The position numbers and the translations under genes are program-made. Below are positions 51,830 to 60,163 of a stretch of 64,000 bases of DNA, in pieces (the stretch's first letter is position 1; each line of letters starts with the position of its first letter). Origin of the DNA: Burkholderiales bacterium (lineage in GTDB: Bacteria > Pseudomonadota > Gammaproteobacteria > Burkholderiales > SG8-41). Where the stretch lies: the NCBI GenBank assembly GCA_022841375.1, contig JALHRQ010000015.1, positions 12,306 to 76,305 of the forward strand. Reading direction: 5' to 3'. The notes under the pieces were generated by a model. That model did not search any database and had not been told where the DNA came from. It saw nothing but the letters and a program-made list of their open reading frames with translations.

Positions 51830-53529
51830 TTTCCTTATCCTACATCCTTCCCTGGATGCTATTGCTCCTTACAGCCCCGTCTTCAGCGGCCTGGCTCGGC
51901 GTCTGCCCGGGTACGCCGCAACAAGCCGACATCAAAATACTCGACACCCTGCTCAAACCCGCCGGCACCACGGCCAGCATCGTCGCCGCAGACAACCGGC
52001 TTCCGGACTGCGAGATGACTGAATTGCCGCTGACCGTCGAACAGCTGCGGTGGTCGAAAATGCTCAACCGCAGGGAAGCGGATGTCCTGTCGGGCGGCAT
52101 CATCATCAAAAGCGCCCGCGGTGAATCGCACACCACAGCGCCGCAGGAAATCGTGCCTTTGCAGGACGATAAACCCGCGCCGGCATCGACGCCGTTGGCG
52201 ACGGAATTACTGGCGCATTTGCAGGCCACCGTCTTCGGCGCTGAAGCTCGCGCGACCGTGAAACAGGACGCCGCGGGCATTCGCCTCGATTGCGCGCCCG
52301 GCAATGCACCCGCCGGTGCCCTGCTCGGCAGCGCGGTCGGTCTGCGCCTGCCGGCCGGCGCCGTACTCGCACTGACACTGGCGACAGAGACCAAAGGCAC
52401 ATTCCGCGTGGGTGTTGCCGACACGCAGCGCGAAAAAATCGGTGAATCGCTGACACTGGGCACGATCAATCCCGGTATGCCTGAAGCGGCCTTTGCCCTG
52501 CCCTCCACACTCGACAATACGGCGTGGCGGTTCTGGGTACTGGAATGCCCGGCATCGGCAGCGCGACTGGCCGTCCGCTCAATGCGGCTGGAAGCCCGCT
52601 TCTCGGGACCGTTGCCGCACCGTGCGCTGTGGGTCTGGCAACCATCAGCCTGGCAGACCAATATTTCGGCAACCACAACACTGCTGACCGAACACGGTGC
52701 CGACACGCTGTTCATCACCGTGCCATTGACCGCCGGCAATACCACTGTCGCAGAACCGGCGGCGCTGGAACGTTTCGTAGCGCATGCCTCCGCGCTCGGT
52801 ATCAAGGTATGGGCCGTTGCCGGTGATCCGCGTGCCGTGTTGCCGAAGGAACGTGATCAATTTGCCGTGATGGCCCGCGCCTATGCCGCATACAACAGCA
52901 CAGCGGCGCGGCGCGGCCGGCTGTCCGGCCTGCAACTCGATATCGAGCCTTATCTCAACAGCGGCTATCAACTCGACACCGAAGACTGGCTGGCAGCCTA
53001 TCTGGATACTCTGTCCCGGGTGCGCACGCAGGCGAAGATGCCGCTGGATGTGGCGGTGCCGTTCTGGTGGGGACGCCAGCGCTATCGTAACGGCCTGTTT
53101 CTCGACCATCTGGGGGCGCACGTTGAAGTGGTCTCGGTGATGAATTACCGCACCGACCGGCAGCAGCTGATCGATCTCGCCGAACCGTTTCTCGACTGGG
53201 GCACGCGCGCCAAAAAAACTATTCGTATCGGCATCGAAGCCGGCCCGATCCCGGATGAGTCGCTGCATGTATTCCGCAACAGCACCCGTGGCGATTTGTG
53301 GCTGGTGCCACTGGGCGCCAATACCTTGATACTGTCGCTCGATGCGGCGCAGGCCAATCCTGCGGGCAGCGCGTATGCCTATTCCCATACCATCAACCGC
53401 CAAGGCAGCGACACCACCTTCCGCGGCAACATCCGGGCGATGCAGAAATTATTGCCGGAACTGGAAATGATATGGCGCGCCTGGCCGTCGTTCGGCGGCA
53501 TCGCGCTGCACGGGCTCGACGCTGACTAG
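51826..53529 (+). CDS. secreted hypothetical protein, possibly with a glycoside-hydrolase-like (beta/alpha)-barrel C-terminal half
   Basis: 567 aa with an N-terminal signal-like segment (LPWMLLLLTAPSSAAW). The C-terminal half shows alternating strand/helix patterns (LFITVPL, KVWAVAGDP, LQLDIEPY, VAVPFWW, VSVMNYR). Start uncertain (TTG 51826 or ATG 51856). Confidence 0.7.
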   Translation: MISLSYILPWMLLLLTAPSSAAWLGVCPGTPQQADIKILDTLLKPAGTTASIVAADNRLPDCEMTELPLTVEQLRWSKMLNRREADVLSGGIIIKSARGESHTTAPQEIVPLQDDKPAPASTPLATELLAHLQATVFGAEARATVKQDAAGIRLDCAPGNAPAGALLGSAVGLRLPAGAVLALTLATETKGTFRVGVADTQREKIGESLTLGTINPGMPEAAFALPSTLDNTAWRFWVLECPASAARLAVRSMRLEARFSGPLPHRALWVWQPSAWQTNISATTTLLTEHGADTLFITVPLTAGNTTVAEPAALERFVAHASALGIKVWAVAGDPRAVLPKERDQFAVMARAYAAYNSTAARRGRLSGLQLDIEPYLNSGYQLDTEDWLAAYLDTLSRVRTQAKMPLDVAVPFWWGRQRYRNGLFLDHLGAHVEVVSVMNYRTDRQQLIDLAEPFLDWGTRAKKTIRIGIEAGPIPDESLHVFRNSTRGDLWLVPLGANTLILSLDAAQANPAGSAYAYSHTINRQGSDTTFRGNIRAMQKLLPELEMIWRAWPSFGGIALHGLDAD

Positions 53530-53985
53530 GCTGCCAGCTTCGCTCGCGGGTGCCCGGTTTTCGAACTCGCCGCCAGTGCCGGCACATCGCCTGCGCACTG
53601 AATCCGATGCATCACCCGGCAATAGCCGGGCGCTGCTGCATTTTTGGTTGTGGCCTCGACCTCACGCGGGCTGCGCCCGCATGAGTCTCGTCCCGCCCAC
53701 GGCTTACGCAGCGACGCGCGCCCGCGGGTGCCCCGTTTTGGCCGTTGCCGCCAATGCCGGCACATCCCCCGCGCACTGAATCCGATGCATCACCCGGCAA
53801 TAGCCGGGCCCTGCTGCATTTTTGGTTGCGGCCTCGACATCACGCGGGCTGCGCCCGCATGAGTCTCGTCCCGCCCGCGGCTTACGCGGCCACCCGTGCT
53901 CGCGGGTGCCCCGCTTTAGCCGATGCCGCCAATGCCGGCACATCCCCCGCGCACTGAATCCGATGCATCACCCGCCGATACCCGC
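53530..53985. repeat. 178-bp tandem repeat (about 2.6 units) duplicating the 3' end of the TauD-like gene plus its downstream spacer
   Basis: Three in-frame tails (...RVMHRIQCAGDVPALAA..K.GHPRA..AA-stop) end at 53526, 53704 and 53882, exactly 178 bp apart. Each unit carries hairpins gcgggc-tgc-gcccgc and cccggc-aata-gccggg. Confidence 0.9.
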
Positions 53986-54781
53986 CATCAAACGGATCTC
54001 TATGGTGCATCACGCAGCGGTTGTCCCAGATCAGGATGTCGCCGGGTTGCCAGACGTGATGCCAGGTGAATTTTTCCTGTGTGGCATGTGACCACAAGGA
54101 TTCCAGCAAAGCTTCCGACTCTTCAACCGAATAGCCGTTGATATAGGCATTCGGGCGACGGCCGAGATAAAGCGCGTTGAATCCGGTTTCGGGATGGGTG
54201 CGGATAATCGGATGACTCGGCCCCGGCGCATCGCGCACGTCATCGACCGGCTTGAATCCTTCGCGCAGGTCGCCAGCGCTGTTGTAAGTCATATCGTGCT
54301 TCAGCGTGCGGCCTTCGATTTTTTTGCGTAGCGCCGGATCCAGCGTCTCCAGCGCGAGATACATGTTGGCAAAGCCGGTGTTGCCGCCGCTCGGCGGAAT
54401 TTCCAGCGCATACAGCGCGCTGTACGACAGCGGCCGGTCGCGATAGGAATTGTCGGAATGCCACACCACTTCCGCATCGCGCAGCACGCCGATCGCCTCG
54501 CCGTTTTCCATGACGTTCGACACGACGATGATTTCCGGGTGCGTGCGTGCGCGTTCCTTGCCGGTCTTGGCCAGCGGTGCAAAGTCGAGCGTGCCCAGGT
54601 GTTTGCCGAAATCGATCAACTCCGGATCGGTGAGCTGCTGGCCGCGGATGCGGATCACCAGGTGCTGGAGCAGTGCCTGGTATACCGGCTTGAAATCAGC
54701 ATCGTTCAACGCGCGGACATCGCCGCACGACACTTCAGCGCCCAGTGCGGTCGATAACGCTTTCACGGTCACAGCAGTCAT
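53882..54781 (-). CDS. TauD/TfdA-family Fe(II)/2-oxoglutarate dioxygenase
   Basis: 299 aa. WHSDNSY (HxD iron ligands), a distal H in WDNRCVMHHR, and C-terminal RRVMHR. Confidence 0.88.
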   Translation of the reverse strand: MTAVTVKALSTALGAEVSCGDVRALNDADFKPVYQALLQHLVIRIRGQQLTDPELIDFGKHLGTLDFAPLAKTGKERARTHPEIIVVSNVMENGEAIGVLRDAEVVWHSDNSYRDRPLSYSALYALEIPPSGGNTGFANMYLALETLDPALRKKIEGRTLKHDMTYNSAGDLREGFKPVDDVRDAPGPSHPIIRTHPETGFNALYLGRRPNAYINGYSVEESEALLESLWSHATQEKFTWHHVWQPGDILIWDNRCVMHHRDPFDGGYRRVMHRIQCAGDVPALAASAKAGHPRARVAA

Positions 54782-54874
54782 CGCGAAAATCCTCCGTAAG
54801 TTATTGTTTTTATTATTATTTTTAAGTGCCTGCGCTGCTACGGTAGCAGCTTGCTTAAAACACTGCCTTACAAA

Positions 54875-55327
54875 TCAACGTTTGCCAGCGTGATCCGGAA
54901 ACTGCATCGCCGCCAGCGTGCCGCTGGCCACTTCGGCCGGCGCTTCTTCGTTGGGGAAATTCAGTTCCACCTTGTTGCCCACCGGATCGCGCAGGAACAT
55001 CTGGAAGCCGGCATTGGGCACGTTCTGTTCTTCGAACGCCACACCCATCTTTTTGAAACGCGCCCGAAAATCCTGCACGCCCTTCACGTCATACGCGGTG
55101 TGGTCGTAGCTGCTCTTGCTTTCGTCCAGCCCCGTCCAATCGGCCTTGAAGCGCGTGACCACATGCACCAGCGGATGTTTGCCGCAATACAGCCACAAGC
55201 CGCCCGACGGGAAATTCGGCCGGTAGCCGACATGCAGCCCCAGACCTTCGCAATAAAATTTTTCAATCGCCGGCAGATCGCTTTCGCGGCAGCCGATGTT
55301 GATGTGATGAATGCCGCTGATTTCCAT
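54875..55327 (-). CDS. VOC-family (glyoxalase/bleomycin-resistance/dioxygenase) protein
   Basis: MEISGIHHINIGC..., about 150 aa. The ATG at 55327 is preceded by AGGAGG. Confidence 0.75.
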   Translation of the reverse strand: MEISGIHHINIGCRESDLPAIEKFYCEGLGLHVGYRPNFPSGGLWLYCGKHPLVHVVTRFKADWTGLDESKSSYDHTAYDVKGVQDFRARFKKMGVAFEEQNVPNAGFQMFLRDPVGNKVELNFPNEEAPAEVASGTLAAMQFPDHAGKR

Positions 55328-55478
55328 GCTGTTCCTCCTGAGGGTCTTTTCACGATCCGGACGCAGCAATGACCGGACAAATACTGTGACACACCTGACA
55401 GCTACTTGCCTATAGCCACCGCGCCAATGGCACTGCCGCGCTTGCCAGCGGACGCGGGTTCATGCTTTGCTCCACGCC

Positions 55479-56252
55479 ATGAGTTTCCTGATCATCTGCA
55501 CGGTGGCAGGTCTGGCCGCCGTGATGACCTTTTTCTCCGGGTTCGGCCTCGGCACCCTGCTGCTGCCGGCCTTCGCACTGTTTTTTACCATTGAAAAAGC
55601 CGTAGCGCTGACCGCCATCGTCCACTTCCTCAACGGCATCTTCAAACTCGTGCTGGTGCGCCAGCATGTCAATTACGCCATTGTGCTGCGCTTCGGGCTG
55701 CCCGCCGCGCTCGGCGCGCTTGCCGGCGCCTGGCTGCTGCTGCGCATGGCAGAAAGTGGCGCGTTGATCCATTACAGCCTGTTCGGCCGCAGCATCGAAG
55801 TCGCCCCGGCCAAGGTCATCATCGGCATCCTGCTGCTGGTGTTCGCCTGCGCCGAGTTTCTGCCGGCGTTTCGCAAAATCACCTTTGCCCCCAGGCACCA
55901 GATTCCGGGCGGCCTGCTGTGCGGCTTTTTCGGCGGGCTCGCCGGATTGCAGGGCGCGCTGCGCTCGGCCTTCCTGGTCAAGGCCGGGCTCGACAAGGCC
56001 GGCTATGTCGCCACCGGCGCCGCCGTCGCCTTCCTGATCGACCTGTCGCGGCTGTCGATCTATGCGCAACTGATCGTCACCCACCACGCTGAATTCGATT
56101 ACGCGCTGCTCGCCGCCGCGGTATGCGCTGCGCTGGCCGGATCGGTGCTGGGCAATCGTTATCTGCACAAGGCCACGCTGCCCGGTATCCAGAAACTCGT
56201 CGCCGTGCTGCTGTTCGTCATCGCGCTGTCGTTGATCACCGGCCTTTTGTAA
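55479..56252 (+). CDS. TauE/SafE-family anion (sulfite) exporter
   Basis: About 257 aa with 7-8 TM segments. FFSGFGLGTLLLPAF and FFGGLAGLQGALRSAFL are duplicated TauE-type motifs. ATG at 55479 (TTG at 55467 also possible). Confidence 0.8.
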   Translation: MSFLIICTVAGLAAVMTFFSGFGLGTLLLPAFALFFTIEKAVALTAIVHFLNGIFKLVLVRQHVNYAIVLRFGLPAALGALAGAWLLLRMAESGALIHYSLFGRSIEVAPAKVIIGILLLVFACAEFLPAFRKITFAPRHQIPGGLLCGFFGGLAGLQGALRSAFLVKAGLDKAGYVATGAAVAFLIDLSRLSIYAQLIVTHHAEFDYALLAAAVCAALAGSVLGNRYLHKATLPGIQKLVAVLLFVIALSLITGLL

Positions 56253-56284
56253 TACTCCACCCCCACCCCTCACAACCCGCAAAC

Positions 56285-57202
56285 ATGCCTCCCATCGTCA
56301 TCCGCCTCGGCGGTTACCAGAAACCCGCCTCCATCCACACCCGCGCCTGCCTGCGTTTTGGCGAAGTGCTGAAGGCCGCGCTGGGCGAGCGCGTCGATTT
56401 CCAGTTTGTGCCCGACGTGCTGGCGCTGGGCCACAAATCCGGCGACCTGCCGCTCATGGTCGAAAGCGGCGAACTGTCGATGTGTTACATCTCGTCGCTG
56501 CGTTACGCGAAATGGGTGCCGGAACTGGCACTATTCGATCTGCCTTTCCTGTTTGCGGACCGGCCCGCCGCCTATCGCGTGCTCGACGGCAAACTCGGCC
56601 AGTCGCTGCGCGCCAAAACCGCGGCCCAGTCACCCTTCCAGCTGCTGGCTTATTGGGACAACGGCTTCCGCCATTTCAGCAACAAGCTGCGGCCGATCCG
56701 CACCCCCGCAGACTGCCGCGGCATCCGCACCCGGATCCAGATCAGTGAAGTGCAGGCCGCATCGCTGCGCCTGCTCGGTTTCGAACCCATTCTTGAAGAC
56801 ATCAAACTATTTGTCGAACAGATCGGCGGCGACCGTTTCGACGGCCAGGACAATCCGCTGACCAACATCGTCAACTTCAACATCCACAAACACCACCGCT
56901 ACATCACGATGTCAGGCCATGTTTATGGCGTGGCCTGCCTGATGTGCAACCGGGAACAGTACGAATCCTGGCCGGCGGCCGTTCAGCACGCCGTCGACCA
57001 GGCTGCCGCCGAAGCCACCGTGCTGCAGCGTCAGCTTGCGGCGGCCGAAGATGAGGAAATGCTCAAACGGCTGGACCCGGCGCAAAATGAAGTCGTCAAA
57101 CTGACGCCGGAAGAGCACCGCGCGTTTGCGCAAGCGGTGAAGCCGGTGACGGACAAATACCGCAAGGATTTTGGCGAGAGTTTTTTTGCGCTGCTGGATT
57201 AG
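56285..57202 (+). CDS. DctP-family (TRAP-type) solute-binding-protein homologue lacking a signal peptide
   Basis: 305 aa starting MPPIVIRLGGYQKPASIH, with no hydrophobic leader. DctP-like motifs LFDLPFLF, YWDNGFRHFSN, DGQDNPLTNI. Confidence 0.75.
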   Translation: MPPIVIRLGGYQKPASIHTRACLRFGEVLKAALGERVDFQFVPDVLALGHKSGDLPLMVESGELSMCYISSLRYAKWVPELALFDLPFLFADRPAAYRVLDGKLGQSLRAKTAAQSPFQLLAYWDNGFRHFSNKLRPIRTPADCRGIRTRIQISEVQAASLRLLGFEPILEDIKLFVEQIGGDRFDGQDNPLTNIVNFNIHKHHRYITMSGHVYGVACLMCNREQYESWPAAVQHAVDQAAAEATVLQRQLAAAEDEEMLKRLDPAQNEVVKLTPEEHRAFAQAVKPVTDKYRKDFGESFFALLD

Positions 57203-58107
57203 CGGCGGCGCTTGGCCTTCACCGGCGTCTGCGCCGGCTTTTTCGCTGAACGCTGGTACCAGTTGAGGATCTGCTCCCCCGTCCAGAACACCACCCCCGG
57301 CTGCTCACGCAGGCGGCGGAACACGTTTTCGAAATACTTGATCCGGTGCGGCACGCCCGAGATATAGGGATGCACCGCAATGCACATCACCTTCACGCGG
57401 TCCTTGCCTTCTTCATACAACCGCTCGAACTGGTCCATGCAGCGCGATTCGAACTCGGCGGCGACGTTGTGCTGCACCATCATCATCGCGATGTCATTCA
57501 GCTCGAGCGTGTAGGGCATCGACAGCACATTGCCGTGCGCGGTCTTGATTTCGCAGGGCTCGTCGTCGACCACCCAGTCGGCGATGTATTTGATGCCGGC
57601 TTCGGCCAGGTTATCCGGCGTGTAGGTGGTTTCAGTCAGCCCCGGCGACAGCCAGCCCACCGGCGCCTTGCCGGTGAACGATTTGATCTGCTTGACCGTG
57701 CGCTGAATCATCGCACGCTGGTCTTTTTCAACATGCGTCGGCTGCTGGTCCCAGGAATGGCCGACGAATTCCCAGCCCGATTTCAGCGACTCCTCGGCGA
57801 TGCGCGCGTAATCGACGCAGATGCGGCCATTGGTGAACAGCGAGGCCTTGATGTCCAGTTCGTCCAGTGCCTGCTTGACCCGCCAGAACCCGACGCGATT
57901 ACCGTATTCATGCCAGGCCCAGTGCGCAAAATCCGGCAGGCGGGTGATGTGCGTCGGTGGCGGCAGCACCTGCCGCGGCATCGGCCGCTTGATGTCCCAC
58001 ACCTCGACGTTGACCACCGGCCAGACGATCAGCCGCACGCCAGCAGGCGGTTTCAGCGGCGGACGGTCGATGATGGGCACATAAGGCAGACGTTTTGACG
58101 GGATCAT
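57199..58107 (-). CDS. polysaccharide-deacetylase-family (CE4/PuuE-like) protein, cytoplasmic
   Basis: 302 aa from the ATG at 58107. IVWPVVNVEVWD, GWEFVGHSWDQ and AVHPYISGVPHR resemble the PuuE-like deacetylase fold. No signal peptide. Confidence 0.7.
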   Translation of the reverse strand: MIPSKRLPYVPIIDRPPLKPPAGVRLIVWPVVNVEVWDIKRPMPRQVLPPPTHITRLPDFAHWAWHEYGNRVGFWRVKQALDELDIKASLFTNGRICVDYARIAEESLKSGWEFVGHSWDQQPTHVEKDQRAMIQRTVKQIKSFTGKAPVGWLSPGLTETTYTPDNLAEAGIKYIADWVVDDEPCEIKTAHGNVLSMPYTLELNDIAMMMVQHNVAAEFESRCMDQFERLYEEGKDRVKVMCIAVHPYISGVPHRIKYFENVFRRLREQPGVVFWTGEQILNWYQRSAKKPAQTPVKAKRRR

Positions 58108-58229
58108 GAGGGCTCCTGAAAATTTAAACGATGGTTCGATTATAACGACGCCCTGCTGAGATTGAGCAGGCCTCCGCATTGCACTAACATCGTGCATCCC
58201 AAAGAAAAGAACTACGGACGAACAACAAT

Positions 58230-59105
58230 ATGGACCTGCTGCCCTGCCTGCCCCCGATCGCCCACACCCGCGCGCCGAAAATCCCCACCCCGGCCGGCGC
58301 CTGCGACACCCATTTCCACCTGTTCGGGCCGCGGACGAAATTCCCGTTTGCCGACTCGCGCTCCTACACCCCGGACGACGCACCATTGGAGAGCCTGCTG
58401 AAAATGCATGACGCGCTGGGCATGACCCACGGCGTCATCGTCCAGGGCAATGCCCATGGCACCGACAACAGCGCCGTACTCGACGCGCTGCAGCGCGAAC
58501 CCAAACGCCTGCGCGCCGCCGCGATCGTCAAACCCGACACCGGCCGCGAAGAACTCAAACGCATGGCCGACCTCGGCGTGCGCGCGCTGCGCTTTCACCA
58601 CATGCCCCACGGTGTCGGTTTCAGTTCGCTGGGCATGCAGTCCTTCGAAAAACTCGCCCCGATCATGGCCGACCTCGGCCTGCACGCGCAGTTCATGATG
58701 GACGCCAACGCGCTGGACAGCGCAATGCCGTTTTTCAAAGATTGGAAACTACCCATCGTGCTCGATCACATGGGCAACGTCGACGGCAAATTGGGTGCCG
58801 ACCAGCCCGGCGTGCAGCAGATGTGCAGGCTGCTCGGAGAAGGCAAAATCTGGGTGAAGGTGTCAGGCTCGTATCGCGTATCGACGCAATACCCGGATTA
58901 CCCGGACGCGAAACTCATCCACGAAGCACTGGTGCGTGCCAACCCCGATCAGATCATCTGGGGCAGCGACTGGCCGCACCCGCGGATGGAAAAGGACATG
59001 CCCGAGGACGGGCATTTGCTGGATCTGTTTAATGCGTGGACGCCGGATGCGGGGCTAAGGAAAAAGATTCTGGTGGAAAATCCGGCGATTTTGTACGGGT
59101 TTTGA
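58230..59105 (+). CDS. amidohydrolase_2 family protein (LigI / 2-pyrone-4,6-dicarboxylate-hydrolase-like)
   Basis: CDTHFHLFGP near the N-terminus, VLDHMG, and WGSDWPHP near the C-terminus. Confidence 0.8.
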   Translation: MDLLPCLPPIAHTRAPKIPTPAGACDTHFHLFGPRTKFPFADSRSYTPDDAPLESLLKMHDALGMTHGVIVQGNAHGTDNSAVLDALQREPKRLRAAAIVKPDTGREELKRMADLGVRALRFHHMPHGVGFSSLGMQSFEKLAPIMADLGLHAQFMMDANALDSAMPFFKDWKLPIVLDHMGNVDGKLGADQPGVQQMCRLLGEGKIWVKVSGSYRVSTQYPDYPDAKLIHEALVRANPDQIIWGSDWPHPRMEKDMPEDGHLLDLFNAWTPDAGLRKKILVENPAILYGF

Positions 59106-59161
59106 AATAAGAAACTCCGAAGAAATCGACTCCGGAACCCCATTAGCGTTATCCAACAGCC

Positions 59162-60130
59162 TTACTTAAAACGGGCCCGAAACCCCAAAGCGGACGAAAC
59201 ACTAATTATGTTTCGCGTTTCAGGATCGTATATTTCATTGTAATTGGAACCCTCATTGAGTGAGATACATTTTTCAAAGTAACAAAATTTAATCGGCCTT
59301 CGAAAATCACTGTAATCCAAAACAAAGATGGGGCTCCGATCCGGGGTCAACTCACGATCAAACCTGATTTCTCCGTTTACCTCCTTGACTGAATAATACA
59401 GCCGCCTCTCCAGATCTTCTGGAGTAAACCAACTCCTGCGCCAAACTGGAAAACCAACTATCCGATCCGGAAGAGACGGCGGTGGCGCTACCGTGATTTC
59501 TGTAATTGCCTCAAAGTAGCTTTTCATTTCAGGATAACGACCCCACACCGACTCTGGTGTAATGATGACATGCTTGGAAACGAAAAACTGATCAAGCTTA
59601 TCGAGCTGATTTGCTAGAGATAAATCACGCCGACTGTATGGCAATAAATCTGGAATGCCATCAAGACGCTCAATTGACCCGCGAAGTATCGCGCCACTAC
59701 GCGGATAGAAGCTTACGTGATGAACAATCAAGTTATCTAAAACGTTAGGGTTCGGAATCACACCCACATCCGAAACATAAGCCTGCTTTTTATCGATCAA
59801 ACAATAGTTCTCAGCAGGTTGCCGAAAAAAAACAACGGTATCTTTCGAAATTGTTTGGACCACATACTTACTTTCCGATTTCCAACGCAGGCCCCACCCC
59901 ACCGCCGACGAAAATACCTTCTCTTGTGAACAACTCCAAATGTGATTAATCGTATGCCTCTGACCATCGAGGGTAACGTCCATTGAAAGTCGAAAATACC
60001 TGTCGGGCTCAGACTGAAGCTTCAAATTATCGGGATAAGAAATTATTGCCAATCCATGCAATGGTGTGCATGCAGGCAAAGAAAAAAACAGAGCCAGCAA
60101 AATAAGTAGGGGTGGTGTAATTTTTTTCAT
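59162..60130 (-). CDS. hypothetical lipoprotein, ORFan-like, visibly AT-richer than its flanks
   Basis: Lipobox FSLPAC after a typical signal peptide. 322 aa with no motif I recognise. Base composition clearly drops by eye across exactly this ORF. Confidence 0.7.
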   Translation of the reverse strand: MKKITPPLLILLALFFSLPACTPLHGLAIISYPDNLKLQSEPDRYFRLSMDVTLDGQRHTINHIWSCSQEKVFSSAVGWGLRWKSESKYVVQTISKDTVVFFRQPAENYCLIDKKQAYVSDVGVIPNPNVLDNLIVHHVSFYPRSGAILRGSIERLDGIPDLLPYSRRDLSLANQLDKLDQFFVSKHVIITPESVWGRYPEMKSYFEAITEITVAPPPSLPDRIVGFPVWRRSWFTPEDLERRLYYSVKEVNGEIRFDRELTPDRSPIFVLDYSDFRRPIKFCYFEKCISLNEGSNYNEIYDPETRNIISVSSALGFRARFK

Positions 60131-60163
60131 AAAGGCCTATGCAAACAACTCAAATACTTACAC

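Noticed and set aside
53526-53943. ORFs 53526-53765(-) and 53704-53943(-) as small protein genes.
   Set aside because: Their C-terminal halves are copies of the TauD-like tail. Their N-terminal halves are out-of-frame read-through of the next repeat unit. I treat them as by-products of the 178-bp duplication, not independent genes.
53530-53985. Possibility that the tandem repeat is a CRISPR array.
   Set aside because: The units are 178 bp, directly abutting and homologous along their whole length, with no unique spacers. No cas genes are in the window.
54834-54850. 17-nt palindrome gctgctacggtagcagc between the VOC stop and the TauD-like start.
   Set aside because: The loop is too small for a stable hairpin and no U-run follows on either strand. 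It could be an operator, but nothing else supports that.
57199-58386. Long N-terminal extensions offered by the ORF track: 57199-58386, 56123-57202, 4851-5369, 22199-23611, 19441-20832, 54875-55369.
   Set aside because: The extensions are Arg/Gly/Cys-rich and overlap neighbouring genes or intergenic repeats. In each case an internal ATG, several with good Shine-Dalgarno sequences, begins exactly where family similarity starts.
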